Shown: one piece after another, positions 1-10,723 of the stretch
Numbering within the stretch: position 1 is the stretch's first letter
Layout: the number at the start of each line of letters is the position of its first letter
Source of the DNA: Macrostomum lignano
Taxonomy: Eukaryota
Assembly (NCBI GenBank): GCA_002269645.1
Contig: NIVC01002847.1
Coordinates: 62,001-126,000 of the forward strand
Direction of reading: 5' to 3'
DNA: 64,000 bases
Position numbers and translations under genes: made by a program
The notes under the pieces: generated by a model
Database searches by the model: none
Told to the model about the DNA's origin: nothing
What the model saw: only the letters and a program-made list of their open reading frames with translations

Positions 1-1
1 T

Positions 2-1783
2 TTCTTACTGGCCCTGGGCTTGCTGCATCCTTTTGTGACGCTGGATAATCATGTTAAAAAAGCGGCACAAAAACAGAAGCCAGAAATATCAACTGATTCG
101 ACTGGCTTTCGTACTACGTGGAGTTATAATGTGACTTTGAGCAACTCCGCAGTTCGTCTTCATCAAATGAGCTCTACGAACTCGTCGGTTCGAGCGCCGG
201 ATGCCCAGCAGAACAAGGAGATCGCTCTGGTCGTGCTAGCCGCTACGAGGCCAGAAGTGCATCAGCTGGTGAGACAGTTGGTAGCTCAAAAGCCTGATAG
301 CGGATTCCGCATCATGATATCGCTCGATGGCACAGAAAAGCAAACAAACGAGGTCCTGCAGCAGATCGAGACGCCGGAGGTTAAACTGTTGCGGTTAAGC
401 GACGACAAGAGTCACAAATTCAAGCCTTCAAGCGACACCTACGTAAAGATTGCGCGGCATTACCTGCGCGTGCTGGACCATCTCATTCTGAAGCTGAACT
501 ACTCCTACGTTGTGCTCATGGAGGACGACCTGCTGATTGCTCCGGATTTCTACCAGTACTTCAGCTCGCTGCGAAGGGCGCTGGATTCGGACGAGAGCAT
601 CTTCTGCGTGTCCGCATGGAACGACAACGGTCAAATTGGTCTCGTGACCGAGGACCCACAGCTGCTGCACCGGACTGACTTCTTCCCGGGACTCGGCTGG
701 ATGATCAACCGGCGCCACTGGCTGCAGGTCAGGAAAGTATGGCCGAAGACGCAGTACGACGACTTCCTGAGGCTCTACATGCTGAATAATCGGCTGGTCT
801 GCGTGCGTCCCGAGCTGTCCCGGACGTTCAACATCGGGCGGAACGGAGGGCGAGTTTCGTCAGGAAAAAACGGGTACAGCTCGACGTTCTATCACAACTA
901 TCTGAGTCGGATGGCTCTAAACAGTTTCAATGTCACTCTGCTCGACAGCTCTATTGACAAGGTAATTGGTCGCTCAGCTGATATTAAGCTAGAAAAGTTT
1001 GCTCGCAGTCTACCTGTGATGAATGTTTCGACGCTGCTGTCCCAGCCGAAGCCGCCATCGGCTGTGCGTCTTCGCTACGCTTCAGCGGAAGAATTCATCG
1101 GCATAGCTGAGAGAATCGGCGCCATTCCGGAGGTGTGGTTCGGCGCCCCTCGCGCCTCCATCCTCGGAATATCCGTGATGTCGCTGAGAAGAACTCGAGT
1201 CTACATTGTTCCAGACAAACGGCTTCCCATAACTAAAAAGATACTAACACCAGAGCACGTGCGGAAGAAGCAGAAACGGCATCATAATAAAAAGCAAGAT
1301 CCAAAAAAGAACGACGATCCAAAGAAGAAAGAGGATCCTAAGAAGAAAAAGGATTCAAAGAAGAAAGAGGATACAAAAAGGAAACAGGATCCGAAGCAGA
1401 AAGAGGATCCTAAGAAGAAAAAGGATTCAAAGAAGAAAGAGGATACAAAAAGGAAACAGGATCCGAAGCAGAAAGAGGATCCTAAGAAGAAAAAGGATTC
1501 AAAGAAGAAAAAGGATACAAAAAGGAAACAAGATCCGAAGCAGAAAGAGGATCCTAAGAAGAAAAAAGATTCAAAGAGGAAAGAGGATACAAAAAGGAAA
1601 CAGTATCCGAAGCAGAAAGAGGATCCTAAGAAGAAAAAAGATTCAAAGAGGAAAGAGGATACAAAAAGGAAACAGTATCCGAAGCAGAAAGAGGATCCTA
1701 CGAAGAAAGAGGATTCAAGAAATGAAGCAGGATCAAAAGTAGGAATAAGATCTGAAAAAGAATCAGAACCAGAACAGAATTGA
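2..1783 (+). CDS. MGAT1-like: GT13 family beta-1,2-N-acetylglucosaminyltransferase I-like protein, copy 1 (5' end lies upstream of the window), with Lys-rich repeat tail
   Basis: Frame open from nt 2 (FLLALGLLHPF, end of type II TM). GnT-I motifs KIARHY, EDDLLIAPDFYQYF, CVSAWNDNG, RTDFFPGLGWM, WPK..DD, CVRPELSRT. Tail from nt 1298. Family is clear; orthology to MGAT1 is not established. Confidence 0.9.
   Translation, partial: FLLALGLLHPFVTLDNHVKKAAQKQKPEISTDSTGFRTTWSYNVTLSNSAVRLHQMSSTNSSVRAPDAQQNKEIALVVLAATRPEVHQLVRQLVAQKPDSGFRIMISLDGTEKQTNEVLQQIETPEVKLLRLSDDKSHKFKPSSDTYVKIARHYLRVLDHLILKLNYSYVVLMEDDLLIAPDFYQYFSSLRRALDSDESIFCVSAWNDNGQIGLVTEDPQLLHRTDFFPGLGWMINRRHWLQVRKVWPKTQYDDFLRLYMLNNRLVCVRPELSRTFNIGRNGGRVSSGKNGYSSTFYHNYLSRMALNSFNVTLLDSSIDKVIGRSADIKLEKFARSLPVMNVSTLLSQPKPPSAVRLRYASAEEFIGIAERIGAIPEVWFGAPRASILGISVMSLRRTRVYIVPDKRLPITKKILTPEHVRKKQKRHHNKKQDPKKNDDPKKKEDPKKKKDSKKKEDTKRKQDPKQKEDPKKKKDSKKKEDTKRKQDPKQKEDPKKKKDSKKKKDTKRKQDPKQKEDPKKKKDSKRKEDTKRKQYPKQKEDPKKKKDSKRKEDTKRKQYPKQKEDPTKKEDSRNEAGSKVGIRSEKESEPEQN
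1298..1740 (+). repeat. Coding 18-bp tandem repeat (hexapeptide D-[P/S/T]-K-x-K-x) with 72-bp higher-order unit
   Basis: Translation DPKKKK DSKKKE DTKRKQ DPKQKE repeated five times with minor variants. Confidence 0.9.
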
Positions 1784-2455
1784 GATACGACTAAAGAACT
1801 GATAGCCTGAGCCTCTATCTTTGAAGTCAAAATGACTGACACGAGAAACTTCACTGTCTGTTTTATCTCAAACTAGTTTTTACAAAAATCAGTACTTAGT
1901 GTTACTCCATTATGTGTGATTTGTTCCTTGTTCGAGTATGTCATACTCGATGTCCGACAGCTTTTAACTTCATTGTCTCTGTGGATGCGCATATACTTGA
2001 CTAGACCTGTTTACTGGATCACTTTACAACCTCTTTGTGTGTTGATTTTCAACCGTTTTTTGTTTTCGCTTGCGCATAATTGAGCTTTCTTTTGTTGAGT
2101 TTCTAGTTGACATTAGCTATTCTTCGTCAATATTTTTTCGTTGGGAAGGCCGGGAATTCCCGAGCGTTTTTAATCAGATAGTAGAAAAAGTTTCTGACAT
2201 TTGCAGGTAGCTTAATGAAGGAAACTTCTGAGAAAAAGTCTAGAACTACGCACGTATGAAGTTCAATTTTGTCTGCGCAGTCAATTGCACTGCGCCCACG
2301 CGAGGCTGCGTGTTTCTACTTGATTTTTGTCATTTTTACAAGCCTACTTGTCTAGCCTGTTGCCTGGTTATTAGTATCAATAAATACAGTTATATAATTG
2401 CAGAAAAGAATTTTCGTGCTTGATTGGCTTATTTAATTTTTTTCCTACCGACTTA

Positions 2456-3424
2456 CTTCAGGTGTGTCATAAGTAATGTCACTGATGTGAAAACAGACGA
2501 ACTTGCAATCGCAGATGAACAAAACTGTACCACTCAACAACATAGAGTCCCCCAATATTAATCACCCTCTGGCAGTGCTCATACAGCTTGTCCACCTCAG
2601 CCTGCAGGTGTTTTTCCTCCAACTGCCATAACCAGTGCAACGCAGCCTGTTTTACCTCTTCATGGTTTGCGAAACTCTTCTTGGAAAAGTCAGCCTTCAG
2701 CCATTTGAACAGGAATCTCTTGCAAAAGTTGAAGTCTGGGCTGTAGGGACTGTCAGAGCAGATTCACTTGCCATGCAGGCAGAAAATTCGAAACAGCCTT
2801 CAGGTGTGCAGCCGTGCGGTGTCCATCTGCCACAGAACCTTGTCCAGGTGACATGGATTTGACTGGAGAGTGCACCAGAGGTCTCCAGTGTGCCGGAAAA
2901 AGTCGATAAAGTACTGGCCATCGACCTTGGTGTTCGGTGGAGTTCTGCAGATGGAGACTCGTTTGTTTGGCGTGAAGGCTACCAGCAGCATGGTCTTCTT
3001 GTCCGAGATGGACTTCCTAGTCACCATCGGCCTGAAGTCCCCAGCTCCCAACCAGCAGCGATTATCTGCCTTGCTGCCCTTGCCATCCAGGTGGAGCCAG
3101 CTTTCATCCTCAGCAACCAGGCAGTTTAGGATGTCATTCAAGCCCCGGCTGCTAAACACCTTGCGGATCTGCTTGGTGCAGGCGTCTTGTCAAGATTCAT
3201 GATGATTTTTGTTCGCTGCATAGACGATTTTTCATTGCGTTGCACTTGCTAAATCTGCTTGGCGTATTCTTGCGATAGCTTGGGCCATAAACAACCTATG
3301 CACGTCTCAAATGCACTGCTATTGCTTCACTAAGTATACTTTGCAGCTACACTACCCACAAGTCCATGTGCCTACATATTTTAGACAGAGGCCTGCAGTG
3401 ACATTACTTATGACACACCCGAAG
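2456..3424 (-). mobile_element. Degenerate, internally deleted mariner (Tc1/mariner) transposon
   Basis: 29-bp TIRs 2456-2484 and 3396-3424 (1 mismatch) flanked by TA at 2454-2455 and 3425-3426. Minus-strand transposase remnants EDESW, QMDTARLH and SPYSPDFNFCKRFLFKWLK, with stops/frameshifts. Element absent at the homologous site (~8652) after copy 2. Confidence 0.9.
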
Positions 3425-3931
3425 TACCACCTACATACGAGAGTATATATGAATGCTGCGTATGCGTCTTGGATAGTTTACCTGTGTTTCAGTTTGTGTA
3501 GCAATCAAGCTTCATAATTGTTCCCCATTTTGAAAGTATAATATTCCCACAAATATTCTCAATTTGAAACGTTTGATAACTCATTAGTCAATTATCAGTA
3601 AGTTGAACACCGAATGTGCAAGCTGTCTGACACAATGAGTGAACTTGATTAAAGTATTGATAATACCCTATGAAGGGGTATAGATTAACAAAATACTTCA
3701 GTTGACTAATACCCCATGAAGTACAATGATTAGGATTCATTAGCATGGACAGCTCGACAAATGAACTGTCCCCTAATCGCTAATCGCTCTAACTCAGTCT
3801 TAGCTAAAAATGACCGATATCAAATAATCTAGGTCGCCCCATAGTAACCTCGCCCCGACACTGCCTCAGCCCCGAGCGGGCACTCTCGCTTTTGCTGGAA
3901 CTCTTTTCAGTAGAACTCTTACATACTTCAA

Positions 3932-5075
3932 GAAATTGAATGGGAAATCTGCATGCAGAAGCAAATTTTGTCCATAGACAGAATGAACGCCCTCACTATG
4001 GTATGAAATAGAATATCCAATTGCCGAAATTGAATGCTGCTTGACGAATACGACTGATGGTTGAAGTAGCTAAATGGTATATATTCCCCATTTATACCAG
4101 TGCTAGGGCAATAAATGGGTGGGGGAGCGGGGGGTGTGGGGGGCTTGAGTGACTTGTTTATTGACCGAGGCGAAGCCGAGGTCAATAAGCGAGGCACGAA
4201 TGCATTTTTGCCCTAGACACTTGGTATTAATGGGGAATATTATATGTATCCCTCAGTTGAATAGCATAAAGTACAAAGCTAAAAGCAAAAATGGCCATAG
4301 ACACTAGCATTAAGGTACTGTACCGCTAACTGAAAGACGCGCTCGTAAAAAGAAGAGAGACAACGCGAGTGCTTGGCTTAGCTAGCTAGTTAAAATGGCT
4401 ACCGAAAGATTTTTCAATCTGACTGACGAAGAAGTCAGTTCACTCATCGAAGGAACGGTTCCAACAAACACGCTAAAGAAATGTCGCTGGATGTTTGCTT
4501 CTTTCCAAGAGTGGCATGCGGCGAAGAAAGTACTCTGGTGTTCCGACAGAAAACCGTAAGCGCAATTCTATGCGGTCAAGTCGACAGTCAAACTCGTGAG
4601 ATCAGTACAAGGACCATGTCAACTGTGACTACACCCGATGGCAGTACTGCTACAACCGGGACGGACTTCTGTGAAACTACTGTGGTTCAAGGAACACCGC
4701 ACAAACTAATGCGGATTGAGGCTTGTGGTGACACTAATAAGGTGACCATCACATTCGTAAACAAGGACTAATCACTGTTATCTGCGTCATGTCTGCGTCT
4801 GCGTATATCACTGGAACTTAGACTATTGCACAAGTGCAATTGTTAAATGGTTACAATTTCATGTTGAATCGATTTCATTTTAAAATATAAAGTTCTCGTT
4901 TATTTGCACTCTGTGCCGGTGCAAATAAATCATTTATCTGCACCGGTGCAGATAAACGAAATAAACCATTAGAACATAGACTACTGCACCAGTGCAACTG
5001 GGGGATACATATAAAATGTTGAAATTGAATGTCAGCTTGTCGAAATAGAATGCGAGTTTTGTTGAAATTGAATGG
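3932..5075 (+). mobile_element. Internally deleted Crypton-like (tyrosine recombinase, DUF3504-type) DNA element; boundaries tentative
   Basis: Mini-ORF 4395-4559 MATERFFNLTDEEVSSLIEGTVPTNTLKKCRWMFASFQEW resembles a Crypton N-terminus. Overlapping frame gives QKTVSAIL...KVTITFVNKD*, resembling a Crypton C-terminus; catalytic core missing. Direct repeat GAAATTGAATGG at 3932-3943 and 5064-5075; 19-bp inverted repeat 4241-4259/4995-5013; hairpin 4158-4188. Confidence 0.6.
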
Positions 5076-5099
5076 AAAAAGGTGTAGTATGTTTAATCT

Positions 5100-5600
5100 C
5101 AGTCTGCGCTTAAAGACCACCCTCCACTACAGGGAGAACGCCAACCACTGAGACTTCCAGGTCAGCTGCTTCACGGATAGCTCCCTAAAAGACGGTATTG
5201 GCGGCTGTGGGGTCTGCATCCTGCTCAATGGATTGCAACTCGCGTCCGAGCACACAGCGGACTGTGCTGCAAGAACGCTAGTGGAAAGTTAATTGCCATC
5301 CCCTCGGGCAGTCAGGCCGGTCGCTCTGCCCCAAACTCCCGGACAGTAATCAGCCGAGTTCGGCAGCTCAACAGTCCGGTGCGTAAGAATTACCGCCGAG
5401 CAGAATCCCAGGCACGCAGGATTCCAGGGCGATGAGCTTGCTTACTCTCTTGCGGTCGAGTCCCTATCCCCTGATTTCAATCCCTGGCGCGCTCTCCATA
5501 AAAGGAGTTGGATGGATACAACCAACTGCCGCCAATCCTGACCGGAACCTTTGACCACGAGAGGCAGTGAGAAGCAATTACTATACAGCAATTACGACTC
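5100..5600 (+). pseudogene. Degenerate RNase H domain of a non-LTR retrotransposon (I-group-like LINE fragment)
   Basis: CFTDSSLKDGIGGCGVCI at 5167 and IPG/HAGFQGDELAYSLA at ~5405 (1-nt frameshift) match RNase HI motifs FTDGS and WIPGHAGIQGNELAD. Confidence 0.7.
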
Positions 5601-6010
5601 ATGGGAAAAGGCAAGAGCTCTGAGTAATTGATTGCCCTAAACCGTTCTATCGCCTATAGTACAAGCATCTGCTGAACTTGACTCATGTACAGCCCGTTGT
5701 CTCAGCGAAACCACTCTACTGTCTAACACTTTCAGATTCTTTTTAAAGCGCAAAATGTACCTATTTATTCCTTCAGTTTCTGTTTTAACCGGTGGCTCAT
5801 GAACAAACCAATGCTAAATGGGAGGCTTGTGCGATTGACTCTCATAAGAGCCAACTTAAAAGCACAGAGTTTGTACATACATTGCCTAGTCGTATGTTGT
5901 TCGTGCGTACACCCTTGCCCGTGGGAGTATCCATGTGCGTGTGACAGCGAAATGAACTGTCCAATACCAAAAAGGGCGGAGTATAGCCAGAATTCAAAGC
6001 TTCTGCGCTG
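5484..6010. repeat. Segmental duplication block upstream of GT13 copy 2, near-identical to 15430-15950
   Basis: Direct sequence match; ORF-track peptides 5799..6011 and 15739..15951 are nearly identical. Confidence 0.9.
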
Positions 6011-6276
6011 AGAAAACTTACTAGAATATCTACATTTATCTATATCCCGGCCGTAAAGTCGTAGCGTAATTTGCGAGCTTGGCAGTAAAGGCAGAGAAGA
6101 TAAGTGTTTATCATTAGTGTCTGTGCGTAAAGTTTTATATTCTAAGGCATGGGGCGATAAGCAGACTTCCTTACACGCTGACCTGCTTATGCAGTTTTAG
6201 CTACTCAGCGACGAGTAAAAGATTCGCTACTCAGTGAGTCTTTTCCTAACTTGATTTCGTCGAAAAACAGCATCCA

Positions 6277-7965
6277 ATGCTCGACTGCCTGCGGCGCGGT
6301 GGCCGGCTGTGCGCGACGCGCAGGCAAAGAGTTTTTATCCTGGCTTTCTTACTGGCCCTGGGCTTGCTGCATCCTTTTGTGATGCTGGATAATCATGTTA
6401 AAAAAGCGGCACAAAAACAGAAGCCAGAAATATCAACTGATTCGACTGGCTTTCGTAGTGCGTGGAGTTTTAATGTGACTTTGAGCAACTCCGCAGTTCG
6501 TCTTCATCAAATGAGCTCTACGAACTCGTCGGTTCGAGCGCCGGATGCCCAGCAGAACAAGGAGATCGCTCTGGTCGTGCTAGCCGCTACGAGGCCAGAA
6601 GTGCATCAGCTGGTGAGACAGTTGGTAGCTCAAAAGCCCGATAGCGGATTCCGCATCATGATATCGCTCGATGGCACAGAAAAGCAAACAAACGAGGTCC
6701 TGCAGCAGATCGAGACGCCGGAGGTTAAACTGTTGCGGTTAAGCGACGACAAGAGTCACAAATTCAAGCCTTCAAGCGACACCTACGTAAAGATTGCGCG
6801 GCATTACCTGCGCGTGCTGGACCATCTCATTCTGAAGCTGAACTACTCCTACGTTGTGCTCATGGAGGACGACCTGCTGATTGCTCCGGATTTCTACCAG
6901 TACTTCAGCTCGCTGCGAAGGGCGCTGGATTCGGACGAGAGCATCTTCTGCGTGTCCGCATGGAACGACAACGGTCAAATTGGTCTCGTGACCGAGGACC
7001 CACAGCTGCTGCACCGGACTGACTTCTTCCCGGGACTCGGCTGGATGATCAACCGGCGCCACTGGCTGCAGGTCAGGAAAGTTTGGCCGAAGACGCAGTA
7101 CGACGACTTCCTGAGGCTCTACATGCTGAATAATCGGCTGGTCTGCGTGCGTCCCGAGCTGTCCCGGACGTTCAACATCGGGCGGAACGGAGGGCGAGTT
7201 TCGTCAGGCAAAAACGGGTACAGCTCGACGTTCTATCACAACTATCTGAGTCGGATGGCTCAAAACAGTTTCAATGTCACTCTGCTCGACAGCTCTATTG
7301 ACAAGGTAATTGGTCGCTCAGCTGATATTAAGCTAGAAAAGTTTGCTCGCAGTCTACCTGTGATGAATGTTTCGACGCTGCTGTCCCAGCCGAAGCCGCC
7401 ATCGGCTGTGCGTCTTCGCTACGCTTCAGCGGAAGAATTCATCGGCATAGCTGAGAGAATCGGCGCCATTCCGGAGGTGTGGTTCGGCGCCCCTCGCGCC
7501 TCCATCCTCGGAATATCCGTGATGTCGCTGAGAAGAACTCGAGTCTACATTGTTCCGGACAAACGGCTTCCCATAACTAAAAAGATACTAACACCAGAGC
7601 ACGTGCGGAAGAAGCAGAAAAAGGATCCTAAGAAGAAAAATGATTCAAAGAAGAAAGAGGTTACAAAAAAGAAACAGGATTCAAAGAAAAAAGAGGTTAC
7701 AAAAAAGAAACAGGATCGAAAGCAGAAGGTGGATCCGAAGCAGAAAGAGGATCCTAAGAAGAAAAAGAATCTTAAGAAGCAAAAAGATCAAAAGAAAAAG
7801 GAGGATTCAAAGCAGAAAGAGGATCCAAAGCAGAAGGAGGATCCTAAAAAGAAAAATAATCTTAAGAAGCAAAAAGATCAAAAGAAAAAGGAGGATCCAA
7901 AGCAGAAAGAGGATCCTAAGAAGAAAGAGAATCGTAAGAAGAAAAAGGGTTCAAAGAATAAATAA
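6277..7965 (+). CDS. MGAT1-like: GT13 family GnT-I-like glycosyltransferase, copy 2 (562 aa, type II membrane, Lys-rich tail)
   Basis: Complete intronless ORF: short basic cytoplasmic N-terminus, TM VFILAFLLALGLLHPF, stem, GT13 motifs as copy 1, about 18 hexapeptide repeats from 7624. Confidence 0.92.
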   Translation: MLDCLRRGGRLCATRRQRVFILAFLLALGLLHPFVMLDNHVKKAAQKQKPEISTDSTGFRSAWSFNVTLSNSAVRLHQMSSTNSSVRAPDAQQNKEIALVVLAATRPEVHQLVRQLVAQKPDSGFRIMISLDGTEKQTNEVLQQIETPEVKLLRLSDDKSHKFKPSSDTYVKIARHYLRVLDHLILKLNYSYVVLMEDDLLIAPDFYQYFSSLRRALDSDESIFCVSAWNDNGQIGLVTEDPQLLHRTDFFPGLGWMINRRHWLQVRKVWPKTQYDDFLRLYMLNNRLVCVRPELSRTFNIGRNGGRVSSGKNGYSSTFYHNYLSRMAQNSFNVTLLDSSIDKVIGRSADIKLEKFARSLPVMNVSTLLSQPKPPSAVRLRYASAEEFIGIAERIGAIPEVWFGAPRASILGISVMSLRRTRVYIVPDKRLPITKKILTPEHVRKKQKKDPKKKNDSKKKEVTKKKQDSKKKEVTKKKQDRKQKVDPKQKEDPKKKKNLKKQKDQKKKEDSKQKEDPKQKEDPKKKNNLKKQKDQKKKEDPKQKEDPKKKENRKKKKGSKNK

Positions 7966-9176
7966 GGTTTGAAAAGGAATCGGAAGCAGAAAGGAATTAA
8001 GATGTGACTAAAAAGTAGTAGCCTGAGCTTCTTTTTAAGAAATCAAAATGGCTGACCCAAGAAACCCCACTGCAGTTTCATCTCAAACTAGTTTTTACAA
8101 AATCAGTACTCAGTGCTACTCCATGATGTACGAGTATGTGTGATTTCTTTCCTGTTCGAGTATGTCATACTAGATGTCCGGCAGCCTTCATGTTCATTAT
8201 CTTTATTGATGCGCATATACGCGCCTAAGACCTGTATATTGAATGACTGTACAAGTGAGATTTTCGTGTATTTGTTATTAGCGCTGTATGTTTACGTTTG
8301 CGCATTATTCAGCCCTCCATTGTTAAGTTTCTGGTTGATAAAAAGATTTAAATTCTTGGGTTAATATTTATCGTTGGGAAGGCCAGGGTTTCCGAGCATT
8401 GACAATCGCGTCGCAGCAAAAATCCGACATTTTCAGGCATTGCGCGTAACTCAACGATATTCCTTCTGAGAAATAGTCTAGAACTATAAAGTTCATTACT
8501 CAACTAGAACTCAACTAGAACTATTTGAATTTTGTTGTTACCTTTTCATGCCTACTTGCCCAGACTATTGCTTGGTTAATAGTAAATGAAAACTTATATT
8601 TGCAGAAGAGACGTTTCGCGCTTTATTGGTTCATTTAATTTTTTCCTACCGACTTACCTACATACGAGAGTAAATATGAATGCTGCGTATGCGTCTTGAA
8701 TAGTTTACCTGTTTTTCAGTTTGTGTAGCAATAAAGCTTCATAATTTTTCCCCATTTTGAAGGTATAATATTGCAACAAATATTCTCAATTTGAAACGTT
8801 TGAAAACTAATTAATCAATTATCAGTAAGTTGAACTCCGAATGTGCAAGCTGTCTGACACAATGAGTGAACTTTAGTGGACAGTAATTAGCCGAGTTCGG
8901 TGTTATGCCAACCATTATCCTAGGCGGAAAAGTATTCGGCTGAATAACTTTGGATGCGTATTTTATCTGGACCCAGATTGAATACGGCACGACATAAGTC
9001 ATGCGAGGCGAACTCCTAGGCTGATTTCTTTCTGGAGTTTACGAGATTAAAAACCTGTCAATAATCCCAGTTTGAGCCGTTATTTGATATCATCGACATG
9101 AATACTGCCGAAGTAAATGAACTACGCTGGACTTCGTGCACCTGGCTTTCTTATTTTGAGCTACTAATACATAAAC

Positions 9177-10687
9177 ATGTCTGTCGCGTATTCCGACATA
9201 AAACTTTACTTGCTTAGTAGCGCATACGACGTCCCTGCGTCTTTGACAACAACCAAGGAGAAGAACAACTTCAAAAGCAAGGTTCGGCAAAAGGCGCGCA
9301 ACTTTAGGTACGAGGGCCAGCAGCTGTTCTATTAGCTTTCAGCTCGGAATGACAGTCAGAAGAAGCTCCATCTGTCAAGGGAGCGTCGCCTGAAGGTAGA
9401 AGATCAAGAAGAACGAAGTCGATTGATCCAAGAATATCACACCTCTGCGACTGGAGGAGCTCATCAGGGGATAAAACCCACCCTATCAAAGCTGCAGGGA
9501 CGACTTCATTGGGACGGCATGACAAAATCTGTGCAAGATTACGTTCAGAAGTGCGCCGTCTGCCAGCGCCACAACAAGAGGGCCGTGGCGAACGAACCCC
9601 AGTTGACGCCAATTTTGATTCAGTTGATTGCCGAACGAGTATTCGGTTTCGTCTGCGTTGACTACGTCAGGTTCGAGCCAGCCATCTTCGAAAGGTGATT
9701 GATTAATCGATTAATAGTTTTTGTGGCTACGTGAATCAAATCAAAGTAGCATACTCTCATTCATTTAATGTAATCTAAACGACACAATGCTCCGCAGGGA
9801 ATAAATACCTGCTGACAATTTGCTGCAAATTTACCAAATTTGCCCTGGCGTCAGCACACAGCAGGAACGACGCACAGACAGCCACAGAACAGCTGTACAA
9901 GGCCGTCTGCGTCTTCTCCTGGCCCGACATCTTGTTGACCGACCAGGGACGAGAGTTCAACAACAATCTGATGAGCTGCCCTGTCTGAGAGGATTGATAA
10001 GAGACGAACCTCTGCTTATCACCCCCAGGTTAGTGAAGTGAATATTTTTCCCTTACATGCTCTCAGTTATAATATAAGTCCAGTTCGAATAAACTCGTAT
10101 TCGATATTAAATAACTGACAATGCTCTTTCAGACCAACGGTCAGTGCGAGCGCCTCAACCAGAGCTTGGTCGCAGTCCTGTGCAAAATGTGCGACGAGAA
10201 CTCTGACTCAGCGGTATGGGATGATAATTATTATGTCGATGGCGCAGTTCTGGCGTACAACAGTCGCGTGCACTCGACAACTGGCGTCTCGCCTTACAAG
10301 GCCGTGTTCGGCAACGAACCACGACTTTCCCATGACAGCATCGGACCAGCACACGTTGCCATGGTCGGTGACGTCAAGATTCGTCATGTAGAGAGAAAGG
10401 CAGAAGCGCGTGGGCGGACCATTGAGTTGATGCGTCGACGCATCCATCGGGCGCAGCAAGCTATGCAGCAGTACCATCAGCAGCGTCTGGCGTCTGCCAG
10501 CAGCCTCAGCATCAAAACCGGAGACAAAGTGCTGCTGCGGAACTTTGTCCGTGACGATCGGAAAGGCAGCAAAGTGAAGACACCATGGTGCGTCAAGGTT
10601 TACACAGTCGAACGTGTCCTAAGCAACAACCTGTACGGACTCGAAGGGAGATTTACAGCGATCAATGGCCGTCACCTGAAGAAATAG
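9177..10687 (+). pseudogene. Spliced Gypsy-like (Ginger1/GIN1-type) integrase: exons ~9177-9694, 9798-10028, 10133-10687
   Basis: HHCC (YH..GAHQG..W...VQKCAVCQ), CVDY, GNKYLLT, TDQGREF, SAYHPQ|TNGQCERLN, C-terminal GDKVLLRN..RKG..W. Introns 9695-9797 and 10029-10132 are AT-rich with GT..AG. Premature TAG at 9333 and two frameshifts. Confidence 0.85.
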
Positions 10688-10723
10688 CACGAATAGGTGA
10701 TTTAAAGAATTAGAATTTCTAAT

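Noticed and set aside
428-718. Identical 96-aa minus-strand ORF in all three units
   Set aside because: Identity follows from the homogenized sense gene; no independent coding signal
1282-1854. 190-aa Phe/Ser-rich minus-strand ORF
   Set aside because: Antisense shadow of the A-rich coding repeat
7640-7972. Arg/Lys-rich overlapping ORFs (also 18245-18541)
   Set aside because: Alternative frames of the 18-bp repeat with non-ATG starts
8901-10687. Truncated LTR retrotransposon
   Set aside because: No LTR pair, PBS, RT or RNase H; introns and GIN1-like N-terminus fit a Ginger-type element better
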